From Prorocentrum cordatum (lineage: Eukaryota), in the NCBI GenBank assembly GCA_963575745.1, contig CAUYUJ010000153.1, positions 1 to 64,000 of the forward strand: 64,000 nt of DNA. The letters run 5' to 3'. Made by a program: the position numbers and the translations under genes. Below, piece by piece: positions 14,540 to 27,097 of this stretch (position 1 is the first letter of the stretch; every line of letters begins with the position of its first letter). Under the pieces are notes generated by a model. The model made no database searches. It saw only the letters and a program-made list of their open reading frames with translations, and was not told the origin of the DNA.

Positions 14540-15870
14540 GAGGATGTCTCAAGCGAAACGGGCCTGAGCACTTCGCGAACAGCTTCTAGGAACCCTGAGT
14601 TGTGATCAGCCGAATCGGGCCAACGCACCTCAAGTCGGGGCATCTTGGAGCCTGGGGTTCCAAGGATATCTCAGTCGCGAGCACCTCGCGAAACGCATCT
14701 TGGAACCCAACGGTGTGAGGACGTGTTGGAAGAAATGTTCCAGAACACCTCACGTCAGGGCATCTCGGAGCTTGAACGTGACTGGATCCCCATCAACACT
14801 CGGCTGGCACGCGCCAGAGGCGGCTTTGGACTCCGTTCGCTTGGTTCCCCAGACAACTGTGCTGACTGGGATTCTGTTCAGATGTGCCGCGCTGTGCTGC
14901 GACTTATGGGCGACGATACCTTCGCCTACACTGCTACCTTCGCCGCAGACTTTCGCACGAGACATCCTCGCGACTCTGAGCTCAGAGATGCTCCGACCTG
15001 AGGTGGTCTGGCCAATTTCGCCTGAGACATCCTCTCAACTCTGGGCTCGGCAACTCCATGACCTGAGGTGGTGTTGCTCGTTTCGCGTGAGACATCCTCC
15101 CACCTTTGGGTTCCGAGATGCCGTGACCTGAGTGGTCCAGCCCTTTTCTCCAAAGGCATTTTCGCCACTCTGAGCTCAGAGATGCCCTGACCTGAGGTGG
15201 TCCAGCCAATTTCGCCTGAGACATCCTCGCAGCGCTGAGCCCAACGATGCTGCGCGCGAGGTTGTCGGGCCAATGTCGCCTGAAACATCCTCGAAATTCT
15301 GGGTTTCGAGATGCTGCGCGCAGGGTGGTCTGGCCCGTTTCGCCAGAGACGTCTTTGCAACACTGCGCTCGAAGATGCTCTGATCTGACATGGTCCAGCC
15401 CGCCTCGCCTCAGACAATCTTACAACTCTGGGCTGAGAGATGCCGTGACCTGAGATGGTCCGGCCCTTTTCGCCTGGGACATATTCGATGGGGCTCCGAA
15501 GTGTCCGGACTTAAAGTGATCCAGCCAATTTTGCCTGCGACATCCTCGCCGCTCGGAGCTCACGGATGCCGCGCAAGAGGTTGCCCAGCCAATTGCGCCT
15601 GAGACATCCTCGCAACACCAGGGCTCGAAGATGCTGCACGGGAAGTGGTCCGACCAAGTTCGCCCGAGACATCCTCGCGCCTCCTGGGACATCCTCGCGA
15701 CTCTGGGCTTGGAGACCTGCAATGGTCCAGCCTGTTTTGCCTGCGGCCTTCCTCGCAACTCTGATATCCGAGGTGCCGCGTGCGAGGTGGTCTGACCGAC
15801 TGCGCCAGGGGCATCTTCCCGACTCTGACCTCCGAAATGCCGTTTCACCTGACACATCTGCGAAACTCTG
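14540..15870. repeat. Degenerate ~62 bp tandem repeat array
   Basis: Recurring CGCCTGAGACATCCTCGCAACTCTGAGCTC..AGATGCCGTGACCTGAG.TGGTCCAGCC; interrupted by unique sequence at ~14790-14940. Confidence 0.85.
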
Positions 15871-15894
15871 GCCTCCCAGTTGTCGCGCTGGGGG

Positions 15895-16650
15895 TGCTTC
15901 CTCGTCGCCATCGTCGTCGTCGTCGGCGTCGTCATTGACATCGTACCCGTCGTCGTCGTCTCCGTTGTCGTCGTCGTCGTCGTCGTCTTCTTCGTCGTCG
16001 TCATCACCACCGCTGTCCTCGTCGTCGCCGCCGCCGCCGAAGCCGCCGCTGTCGCCGCCGTCGTCGCCATTGTCTTGGGCATGGTTGTCGTCGGTGTCGT
16101 CGTTGCCGGCGCCGCCAAGGCCGCCGGCGCTGTCGTCATCGTTGTCGTCGTTGACATCATCGCGGCACGCGCCGCTTTCACCCTGGTGGTCGTGACAGCC
16201 GTCGCCGCCACCGTTTCGGATGATGGCGTCGTCGTCGTTGCGTGGTCCTTCTCCTCATTTTCTGCCTCGTCCCCGCCCTCCTCGTTGCCTTCTCATTATC
16301 TTGCCCCTGCCTTTCCCCCCCGTCGCCGGACCCCACATAAGGTTCACAAAAAATCCACATAGGAAATCGGCGTCGTCCACGTCGCCGCCGCAGCGGTGGT
16401 GATCGTCGTCGCTGTCGTCGTCGTCGCATCGCCATCGTGGTCGCCGCCGCCGCCGCTGCCGTCGTCGCCGTCGTTGCGGTCGCCCCCGCACACGTCGTCC
16501 GCGCCACCGTCGCCGTCGACGCTGTCGCGGCGTCATCTTACTCGTCGCTGTCGCCGCGTTCGTCGTACCGTAGTCGGCATCGCCTTCACCGTCGCCGCTG
16601 CCACGGGGCGCTTCGTCGTCGCCGCCGTCGTCAACGCCGACGCCGCCAAG
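15895..16650. repeat. (GTC/GCC)n trinucleotide low-complexity tract
   Basis: Direct repeats; similar tract at 43320-43680. Confidence 0.85.
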
Positions 16651-16939
16651 GACTCTACCAAGGGAGTTCTACAATGGCGCAGCGACAAAACCAGGGAATG
16701 CCCTTCAATGCTCTGCCTGCTCCTTGCGCGCGCTCGCCGCCCTCTTGGCGCCGCGGGAGCGCGTCGGCTGCCCCGCAGCGCGTGCGCTGGCTGCCCCCCA
16801 GCGGGAACATCATTTCGAATCCACTTGCCAACCACTCACCAGAACTGCTCGTCACAACCGTTCGTCAGGTCACAGGGGGGATGCGCAGATTCCTTCGACG
16901 CCTATAAACAAAAAGAAGCACAAGGAAAACAACGAAGAG

Positions 16940-17420
16940 CTCTGAGTTACAAGGATGTCTCGGGCGAGTCGAAGATCACCATAGGTCAGGACATACATGG
17001 GCCCAGAGTTGCGACGATGTCTAAGGCGAAAAATGCCCCAAGCCAAGAGTTGCGAGGATGTCTCAGGCGAAACTGACAGGACCACCAGTTTCGTGGCATC
17101 TCGGGGCTCACAGATGCCGCAAGAAAGAGTGTCCGACCTCTTTCGCATGAGAGGTCCTCGCAATTCTGAGCTCCCAGATGCCGTGACCTGAGGTCCAGCC
17201 CGTCTCGCCTAAAACTCCCTCGTAACTCTGGGATCCTATGCCGTGACCTGAAATGGTCCAACCCCTTTCGCCTGAGACATCCTCGCAACTCTGAACTCCC
17301 AGATGCCGCGCGAACGTTGGTCCGGCCCGTTCGCCGGACGCATCCTCGCAACTCGAAGCTCTCAGATGCCGTCACCTGATTTGGTCCGGCCCGTTTCGCC
17401 TGAAACATCCTTGCAAGTCT
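16940..17420. repeat. Second block of the ~62 bp repeat family
   Basis: Same GAGACATCCTCGCAACTCTG motif; first units are inverted (GAGTTGCGAGGATGTCTCAGGCGAAA). Confidence 0.8.
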
Positions 17421-18833
17421 GGCTGTTGCTGGCGCTCTGGCGAGAGTGCCATCCCAGAAACGGGTGTGGCCGGCGCGCAGGCGACAGCACCATTCCTTCG
17501 ACAGAACTGTTGCCAGCGCTCAGGCGACAGCGCACCACTCCCGATCAGGGATGTGGCCAGCGCTCAAGCGAGAGCAACATTCCGACACAGGAGCATGGCT
17601 GGACTTCCAGGTGTAGGCCGCGCTGGCTGTCTTCCTCCTTCTCCTGCTGCTCCTCCTTCTAGTCCTTCTCCCCCTAGCTCTTCCCAAACCTCCCCAGTCT
17701 TACCCCGTACTCCTCCTCCTCCTCCTCCTCCGCCTCCTCCTCCTCCTCCTCCCCTTCTTTTGCCTCCTTGTCAACTCTGCCCGCTTCTCCTGGGCCCTCC
17801 CCCCCCTCCCTTCCTCCTCCTTCTCCTTCTACCATTCCTTTGCCTCCTTGTCTCCTCTGCCTGCTTCCCCTCCTTCTCCTCCTCCTCCCCCTCCTGCTCC
17901 TCCTGCTCCTCCTCCTCCTCCTCCTCCTCCTCCTCCTTCTCCTTCTCCTCGAAAGAGCGTGGACTCGGCTTGGGAACTGCGCGTGGCAGCCAAACTCTGA
18001 AAGTATGGGGGGGGGGAGGGGGAAGGAACGGCGGGACGGAAGGGGAGAGACGGAAGGAGTGGAGGACACGGAGGGGAGAGAGGAGCTTTTTTCCTTCCAG
18101 TCGCGCGGGCGCGGGTCAAATTACTCGCGTCCAAAACCGCCCGTCGACGCGACAAACGCCAGCCAATTCGGCCGTGATGCGCAGAAGAGTGCATTAGAAT
18201 ATTGCTTGCGCAGAGCAGGTACGGAGGTAGAGGTTTGGATGTTTGGAGGAATGGTGGTATGGATAAGAAGAGAGTAAGGAGGAGTGGAAGCATAAAACTC
18301 TGAACGCATGTAGGTGCATGCAGCTATGGGCGCGCGCGGGCATGGATGAAGGGCCGCATGGATGCGTGGAGTCTGAGAGTGTGGGACTATGGATATGTGG
18401 ATGTATGGTGTTACATGGTCAAGGACATCTGGAGGCATGGAACTATATATACACACAGAAATAAACATATCTGATGTAACCATATTATAACCATCGCGCG
18501 CTTCGCGAGCGCTCAAGTTCTAGCTAGGCCCGACAGGCTATCGCATGGAATATCACTTGTTGAATCGCCTTGTGCATCTAACGACCTTGTTGGAGTCCCT
18601 GCGCAAGCCTCGGAAGCGTATAGAAGGGGAAATGCGGAAACAACATAATCATACATTTCCTTTAGGTGTTCGATGATTTGGGACCCTCGAAGGCTTCCTG
18701 GGATATTTGTTCGATGGTGACGGGGGCCTTAATGATGGTCTGATGTGCAAAAATAAACGGTGGGTCAATTTAAATTGGCCTGGCGAAGGACCCAACCAGA
18801 TGCAGTTGTGAGCACCGCTGTTGTAGCCATCGT

Positions 18834-19665
18834 CTTCGGTGGAGCCCCCTTGTAGGGCCACGAAGCGTTGTACTGTGTGGGGGAGTCGCATGCGGACTAC
18901 GCCACTGGAACATTTGGTGGAGCCCCCTTGTAGGGCCACGAAGCGCTGTACTGTGTGGGGGAGACGCATGCGGACTGCACAATTGTGACCTTCGGTGGAG
19001 CTCCCTATGGGGCCACGAAGCGCTGCACTGGTGGGGGAGACGCATGCGGGCTGCGCCTCTGGGACCTTCGTCGGAACTCCCTGTGGGGCCACGACGCGCT
19101 GTACTCGGTGGGTGAGACGCATGCGGGCTGCGCAATTGAGACCTTCGGTGGAGCTCTCTATGGGGCCGCGAAGCGCTGTACTGGGTGTGGCGGACGCATG
19201 CGGGCACCCCCACTGGGGCATTTGGTGGAGGTCCATAAAACCCTCTCGGGCCGTCCTGTGCGCCTCTGGCGCCGTCTTGGGGCCCTCTTGGGCCGTTTTG
19301 GGGCCGTTTTCAAAGCCTCTGGGGCTGTCTTGCAACGGAAAATATGACCTCTGGGGCCGTTGTGGAGCGTCGGAAAATTTAAAAGGCGAGAACATGGAAA
19401 TCCTTCAAAACCTTTGGATAAGCAACAAGTTGTGCCTCCCGGGGCTCATTTGGAGGCATCTTGGAAGTTTCTGGGGGCGTCTTGGAGGCCTCTTGGATAG
19501 TCAAGGGCTAATTCTGGCCGCCTTGGCCGTCTTGGCCGCCATTGGTCGTTCCCGCGGTCTGGAAGCGCCATGTTTGGCGATCCGCAGGCCGTATCCGGGC
19601 GATCTTACGGCGCCCCCGGCGCCCCAGCAGAACCCCCGGAACACCCCAGTCCCCCAATGGGGACA
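18834..19665 (+). repeat. Dispersed repeat copy 2 (~75-78 bp units plus tail)
   Basis: Homologous to 7950-8845. Confidence 0.9.
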
Positions 19666-19979
19666 CAGGTCACGGACGGAAAACCGTAGGTTTTCGCTCG
19701 AAGAGGTTCCCAGGAGGGCTCTAGGGTCAAGCAAAAGGCACCAAGAGGCCCCCAGGAGGCCCAGAAGACGCTCCAAGACAAATTCAAAGAAACGTCCCAA
19801 AAATGTCTAAACGCACTGCAAACTCGCTCTGCGGATGAAGCCGGGAGGCGCGGTACCGGCCAGATGTCAGGGGATATGTAGGACCCCCGAGTAGGAGTTC
19901 CACTTTGATGAAACACAATTTTTGTAATTCCCACTCCTTTTTCCCAAATCCTCGATCTTTGAGGGCTGGAAGCGGGAAA

Positions 19980-22920
19980 ACGTGAGAAGGCGAAAAACAT
20001 ATGAAAAACCATTGGAAATCAACGATGTTACCCTCTTTGGGCTCTCTCGGGACGGCTCTCGCAGCTCTCTTGGGTTGTTCTTGGAGCCTCGTCGGGGTCT
20101 GTTTGGGGCCTCTCCAGGATCGGGGGTGTGCTGGGGGCCTCTGGGGGGTCCCGGAGGCCTCGGAGGTCTCTGGAAGCCTCCTGCTCCCGCTCTTGGGCCC
20201 ATCTTGGACCTGTTCTGGGGTGGTCTGGGGCTGTGCTGGCGCCTCTTCGGGAGTGTTGGAGCCTTCTTGGCCCGTCTTGGGGCCGTCCTGAAGGTATCTT
20301 GGGTGGTCTTGGGGCGGTCTTGTGAAGCTCTTCGGCGCTCTTGGACCGTTGAAGCTCGAAAACGCGAGAAGTCAAAAACATTGAAAAGACAATTGAACAT
20401 ATACGACTTTGGCCTCTTCGGGCCGTACCGTGATACCTATCAGACTTCTTGGGGTCTCTTGGATGCCACCTGGGAGCCTCGAGAGACGTCGGAAGGCTGA
20501 CTTGGGCTGCTCGGGAGCGTCTTGGGCCATCCTTTCGCATTCTGGGGGCTCCTGGGGGGTGTCTTGGGCCCTCCTGGAGCGCTGTGGAGGCTGCCCGGAA
20601 AGGCTGGGGGAGCGGTGTCGGGAGCGTCCCCGAGATGTGGCCATATCTTTTCAGCGCGTTCCGGGAGCATCTTCCCGGAACGCGCTCGTGGCAAGGCACC
20701 CACGTCCGAGGACGTTGGCATGGGAAACCGCAGCGCGTGATTATTCCAGCGCGTTCCGGCGAAGACCGTCCGGAACGCGCTTGGGCAAGCGCTGGGTTTG
20801 GGGAACCGTTCAGGCAGTTTGGGATGATCGGGGCAAGAGGCGGAAGCCATCCTCATAAGACATGCAGTCTGCCTGGAGCCGTCTTGCAGAAAACACAAGA
20901 AAATGAGACCCTGCAGTCGTTCCTGGAGCCGTCTTGGAGCCCTCTTGGGCTGCCCTGGAGCCTGTTGGAGCCCTCTGCGGAATGGTCTTGGAGCCCGCGC
21001 CGAGGATCTGGAAAATGTCCGGGACCATCGCGGCGGCCTCCGAGGCCCGGGACGCCGAAACCCAATAAAAACATAGGGGAAATGAGCCCCGGTACTCCCA
21101 GGGAGTGTCGGGCAGCTGTTTTCGGGCCCCTGGGCTAGAAACATCGCGCGCGCTTCGCGCGCGCTCAGGTTCTAGCCCAGGCCGGGGGGGCGCTGGACGA
21201 TCTTGGACAACGCTATCAAGCACAGGCGCGCGACGGCATCTGAGGAGCTTCTGGGGTGTTCCGCATGCTTCGTCAGCTGGCTGTTGGAGGCACCTCTTGG
21301 GTGCTTCTTGGGGGGGCGTCTGAAGGTCCCTTGGGGACATCGGTTCTGCAATCTGAAGCCGTCAGTGGCCGTCTTGGCTGCGTGGAGGCCCGACTTGAGG
21401 CCACCTGCGGCCAGATTGAAACAATCCAGAAGCCTCCCGGGGGCCTGCTGGAAGCAGTTTCGGCGCATCGAGGGCTCTCTTGGGCTATTTTAAAACCTCT
21501 TGGACGTCTCCTAGGGGCCTTTTAGGCCCTCGGGAAGCTTTTGGGGTCCTCGTCGGACCACTTGGGGGCCTCTTGCGGCCTCCTGTGGGCCTTTTGGGGG
21601 AACGCTCTGCTGTTGGGTCGCGTTCCCCTTCTTGGGCCTCTCTTGGGGCTCTTGGGGCCCTCTCGGGCCGTCTTGGGCGCCTCAAGCACCGTCTTGGGGC
21701 CCTCGCGGGCAGTCTTGGGGGTCTCTTGGAGACCTCTTCCTCTATGTTGGAGCGGTATTGGAAGCCTCTTGGGCCGTCTTGGAGCATCGGGATGCCAAGA
21801 GGCAGAAAAAAAAACATGAAAACCCGTCAAAGCCCAATCTTAACACGATGAGTTGTGCCTCTTGGGGCCATCTTGGGAGATTTCTTGGAACCTCGTCGGC
21901 CCTCTTAGGAATTTCTTGGGGGCCTCTTGGATCCGATTGGGGGCCTCTTGGGACTTCCCGAGAACCTCACGGGGTAGAAAGCTCGGATTCTCGGTTCGTG
22001 TTTCCCTTCTTGGGCCTCTCTAGGAGCCGTCTTGGGGCCCTCTCGGGTCGTCTTGGGCGCCTCAGGCACCGCCTTGGGGCCCTCGTGGGCCGCCCAGGGC
22101 CCTCTTGGAAGCCTCTTCGGCTATCTTGGAGCTGTCTTGGAGGCCTCTTCCTTCTCCTCGTCCCCCTCCTCCTCCTCCCACTCCAACTCTCTCTCCTCCT
22201 GATCTTCCTCCTCCTCCTGCAGCGTGTTCTGGAAGGCTCTCGCCGGAACATGCTGTGCACAAGTGCTGTCACTGCCCCCGCCACCGTGCCCTGGGAGGTG
22301 GGTCAGAGGCCTCATGGGTGTTAGTTTGGATCTCGTGGTTGGCCTGTCGGGGACGTCGTGAAGGCAGTTTCGCAGCTTCTCGGTAGCCGTTTTGGGACCG
22401 TTGTGGGGCCTCCTCGGGCTGTTTTGTGGCCTCTTTAGGCCTCGTTTGGGCCTCCTGGGTGCCTCTTGGGGGCCTCCTGGGGCCTCTTGGGGGCTCCTTG
22501 GGGCCTCCTGGGGCACTCTTCAAGCCGGAGGGTCGAATTTTGGAGTCGTGGTCCCCCTCTTGGGCGCATCTTGGGGTCGTCTTGGGGCTCTGTGGGGCTG
22601 TCTTGGGCGACTCTGGGGCCGTCCTGGGGCCCTCTTGGACCGTCTTGGGGCGCTCTTGGGGGCCTATTGAGCCGTCGTGGAACGTCGGACAGCCGAAAAA
22701 ACTGGAAGGTCAAAATCGTTCGAAAACCTTCGTAAAATTGACGATCTCGGCCTCTTGAAGCGCTCTGGAGAGGCGTCTTGAAGCGTCGTGGAGTGCCTTG
22801 GGGGGCCTCTCGGGCCGTCTTGGGCCTTTCTTGGGCGTCCTGGAGCGGTCTTTCGGCGACTCGGGGCCCGCTTGGGCCGTCTTGGGAGCCTTTGGAGGCC
22901 CTTCTGGATTTTTTTGGACC
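19980..22920. repeat. Low-complexity GGGGCCTCTTGG/GGCCGTCTTGG repeat family
   Basis: Strand-biased short motif reiterated many times; also at ~2060-2240, 2830-3100, 6910-7940 and 24590-25200. Confidence 0.8.
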
Positions 22921-22982
22921 TCCCCGGCCGCCCCGTCCTCCCATGGGGGGTCGGAGGCGGCGGCCTCCGAGGCTCAGGACGC

Positions 22983-24590
22983 CCGAAAATTGACAAAAAC
23001 CGCCGTCGTGTTTTTTCCAAGACGTCGGAGGTCCAGGTCGTGCTTCCCGCCTCCCCAGACCTCCGACGTCGTACTTTTTGCGACCTCGGGCCCAGGAATC
23101 GATTGGGAAAACGCACATGGCAAGGCAAGAAATGATGGACCCATCATTTCGTACCTGTGCCTTGATCAATGGGACGGGCTTCGCACCGCCGCACATCACA
23201 AGACACGCTCGAGCGGATCCAGCCGTGGCGACGTCGGGGACTGCAGAAGGTCGCAAGGACACGGAATCTGAAAGGAAGAGAGAGAAAGATAGAGAGAAAG
23301 AGAGGCAGAGAGAGACAGACAGACAGAGAGCGAAGGAAAGAGAGAGAGAGAGAGAGAGAGATGGAGAGAGAGAGAGAGAGAGAAAAAAAAAAAAACAGAG
23401 AGAGAGAGAGAGGCAGAGAGAGGCAATGGAGAGGAGGCGAGCTTGAGTCAACGAAAGTCGCAGGGAAGGGGGCAGGGGGAAGAAGGCCAGAGAGCGCTGA
23501 AAGATACAAATACTGAAACCCTCTTGGGATTTTTTGGGGGGCCTCGTCCGGCCGCTCGCTGGGAGTTTGACGTAGCTTCTCAGGAGCCTCTGAACCTGTC
23601 GGGGGCCTCTTGGAAACAGGTTCGAAGCATTTTGGGGGCCGACATTCCCCCCGCCAGGGCTAATGTACATCGTTTCTGGATGCTTCTGGCCGGAATACGA
23701 AAGGAGTTTCTGTAGTTAGAGTCTCTGGGGGAAGTCGCGGGGAAGCTTTTGTTGTCTTTTGTGTTGCGTCGCCAGGAGGTCTGGGCTCCCTCCTCCTCGT
23801 GTTCCTACCTCCTCTCTGGACGTCCGATGTCGTGATGCTTTCTGTGCGCGGCCCCTGGACCTCTCGACGACTTCCTGGGGATGTTTTTTTTTTCATCCTG
23901 AGTCGTTTTCTGACGGTCCCGGGACCCTGCGAGGGGCCCCGGAGGCCGAAAATTTACAAAAACCGCCGTCGTGATTTTTCCAAGACGTCGGAGGTCCAGG
24001 TCGTTCGTCCCGCCTCCCCAGACCTCCGACGTCGTATTTTTTGCGACCTCGGGCCCAGGAATCGATTGGGAAAACGCACATGGGAAGGCAAGAAATGATG
24101 GACCCATCATTTCGTACCTGTGCCTTGATCAGTGGGACGGGCTTCGCACCGCCGCACATCACACGACACGCTCGAGCGGATCCAGCCGTGGCGACGTCGG
24201 GGACTGCAGAAGGTCGCAAGGACACGGAATCTGAAAGGAAGAAAGAGAAAGAGAGAGAAAGAGAGGGAGAGAGAGAGAGACAGACAGACAGAGAGCGAAG
24301 GAGAGAGAGAGAGAGTGAGATGGAGAGAGAGAGAGAGAAGAAGACAGAGAGAGAGAGAGGCAGAGAGAGGAAATGGAGAGGAGGCGAGCTTGAGTCAACG
24401 AAAGTCGCAGGGAAGGGGGCAGGGGGAAGAAGGCCAGAGAGCGCTGAAGGATACAAATACTGGAACCCTCTTGGGATTTTTTGGGGGGCCTCGTCCAGCC
24501 GCTCGCTGGGAGTTTGACGTAGCTTCTTGGGAGCCTCTGAACCTGTCGGGGGCCTCCTGGAAGCAGGTTCGAAGCATTGTGGGGGCCGAT
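22983..24590 (+). repeat. Direct duplication of a ~650 bp unit (22983-23640 and 23946-24590) containing a (GA)n core
   Basis: Near-identical CCGAAAATTgACAAAAACCGCCGTCGTG...GGTTCGAAGCATT; offset 963 bp at the left end. Confidence 0.92.
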
Positions 24591-25249
24591 TTGGGGCTTC
24601 TCGGGGCCTCCTTTGGGCCTCTTGGGGGTCTCCCGGGGCCTCTTGAGGGGCCTCCTGGGGGCCTCCTGGCGGCCTCTTGGGGCGGAAGGCTCGAGCTTGC
24701 GGTTCGTGGTCCCCTCTGGGCCCCCTCTTGGGCCCGTCTTGGGGCCCTCTTGGGCCATCTTGGGCGCCTCTTGGGCCGTCTTGGGGCCCTCTTGGGCTGT
24801 CCTGGGGCCCTCTGGGAAGCTTCTTGGGCCGTCTTGGGGCGGGCTTGGGCGCCTCTTGGGCCGTCCTGTAACGTCGGAAAGCCCAAAAGACAACTTGGTT
24901 GAAAATGTACGTTTTACGAAGGGAATGGGCCAATTTTTGCGTCTAGGGGCCCTCTTGGGGCGCATGTTGGAGGCTTCTTGGGGCCTCTTGGGGGCGTCCT
25001 TGGACGTCTGGAGGCCATCTTCAGCATCTCGGAGCCCTCTTGGAGGCCTCTTGGAAGTTTCTTGGGCCGTCTTGGGCGCTTCTTGGGCCGTCTTGTCTGA
25101 CTGGGGAGGCCTCCGGCACGCCCCGACGAGCCTCCGGCCCCCCCGGGGTGCACATTTGCGGTCGGGGTCCCGGCCCCGGGCCCCCGGACCCGGTGCGCCG
25201 ATATATGTATATATACAAAAAAAAACCTGACTTCTTGCTGAGGAAGGTT

Positions 25250-26322
25250 TTAGGAATCCTTTTGTAGAGTGAGGCTCTCAATTGGAATCCTTTTGCGGGG
25301 GCTCTCAATAGTAAATAATTTCTACGGGCTTCCAATTGGAATCCTTTCGTATAAGCTCTCAATAGGAATCCTTGTGTAGAGACTCTCAGTAGGAATCCTT
25401 TTGTCCAGGCTTTCAATAGGAATCCTTTTTGTAGAGGCTCCTAATAGGAATCCTTTTGTCGAGACTGTCAACAGGAATATTTTTTCACAGGCTCTCAATA
25501 GGAATCCATTTGCATGGGGTTTCAATAGGAATGCTATCGTATTGGATTTCAAAAGGGAGCTCTTTGTGTAAAGGCTCTTACTAGGAATCATGTTGTAGAG
25601 GCTTCCAGTAAGAATCGCTTTGTAGAGGCTCTCAATAGGGCTCCTTTTGTAGAAGCTCTCAATTAGAATCCTTTCGTCGAGGCTCTCGATCGGAATATTT
25701 GTCCGTATTAGCTTTCAATAAGAATCCTTGTTGTAGAGCTCTCAATAGGCATCCGTTTTGTAGATAATCTCAACAGGAATCCTTTGGCACAGGCCCTGCA
25801 TAGGAAACCATTTGTGATACGTTTCAACAAGAATCCCTTTTGCATTCGCTTTCAATAGGAATCCTTTTTGTAGAGGCTCTCAAAAGGAATCCTTGTATAC
25901 AAGGCTGTCAATGCGAAACATTTCGTCGAGGCTCTCAATAGGAATCCTTTCGCAGTGGCTCTCCAATAGGAACCCTTTTGTGGAGGCTCTCAATAGGAAT
26001 CCTTTGGCACAAGCTCTCAATAGGAATCCTTTTGTATTGGGTTTCAATCGGGATCCGTTTGTATTGTCTTTCCATCGGAATATTTCTGTAATGGCTCTCA
26101 ACCAGAATCCTTTTGTAGAGGCATTCAATAGGAATGCTAGCGCAAGCGCTCTCAATAGAAATCCTATGTTGCACAGGCTCTCAATAGGAATCCTTCTGTT
26201 TTGGCTTCCAATAAGATTCCTTGTGTAGAAGCTCTCAATAGGAATCCTTTTTTGTGGAGGCTCTCAATACGAATTCTTTTTATAAAGGATCTCAATAGGA
26301 ATCCTAGCGTAAACGCTCTCAG
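25250..26322. repeat. AT-richer ~26-27 bp minisatellite
   Basis: Unit approx. AGGCTCTCAATAGGAATCCTTTTGTAG, about 40 degenerate copies. Confidence 0.92.
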
Positions 26323-26324
26323 TT

Positions 26325-27097
26325 GGAAGGTTCCAGGAATCCTGGATTCTTCCTGAGGAAGGTTTTAGGAAGGTTTCGTTCGAAGGTTCCAGGAACCCTG
26401 GATTCTTCCTGAAAAAGGTTCTAGAAAGGTTTTTGTTGGAAGGTTCCAGGAATCCTGGATTCTTCGCGGGGGGAGCTCAGGAAGGTTTTTTTGAAGGTTC
26501 CACGAATCCTGGATTCTTCCTGAGGAAGGTTCTAGGAAGGTTTTGTTGGAAGGTCCCAGGAATCCTGATTTTTTCTTGAGGAAGGTTCTAGGAAGGTTTT
26601 TTGGAAGGTTCCAGGAATCCTGGATTCTTCCCGAACAAGGTTTTAGGAAGGTTGTTTTGGAAGGTTCCAGGAATCACGGATTCTTCCTGAAAAAGGTTCT
26701 AGAAAGGTTTTTGTTGGAAGGTTCCAGGAATCCTGGATTCTTCCCGAGGACGGTTTTACGAAGGTTTTTTTGTTTGGAAGGTTCCAGGAATCCTGGATTC
26801 TTCCTGAACAAGGTTTTAGGAAGGTTTGTTTTGAAGGTTCCAGGAATCCTGCATTCTTCCTGAGGAAGGTTTTAGGAAGGTTTGTTGTAAGGTTTCAGGA
26901 ATCACGGATTCTTCCAGAGGAAGGTTTTAGGATGGTTTTTTGAGGTTCAAGGAGTCCTGAATTCTTCCTGAGGAGGGTTCAAAAAAATGTTTGGTTCGAG
27001 GAATCCTGGGTTTTTCCTGAGGAAGGTTTCAAGAAGTTGTTTTTGAAATTTCCTCGAATCCTGGATTCTTCCGGATGAAGGTTTTAGCAAGGTTTTA
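26325..27097. repeat. ~55 bp minisatellite with palindromic core
   Basis: Unit approx. GGAAGGTTCCAGGAATCCTGGATTCTTCCTGAGGAAGGTTTTAGGAAGGTTTTTT. Confidence 0.92.
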
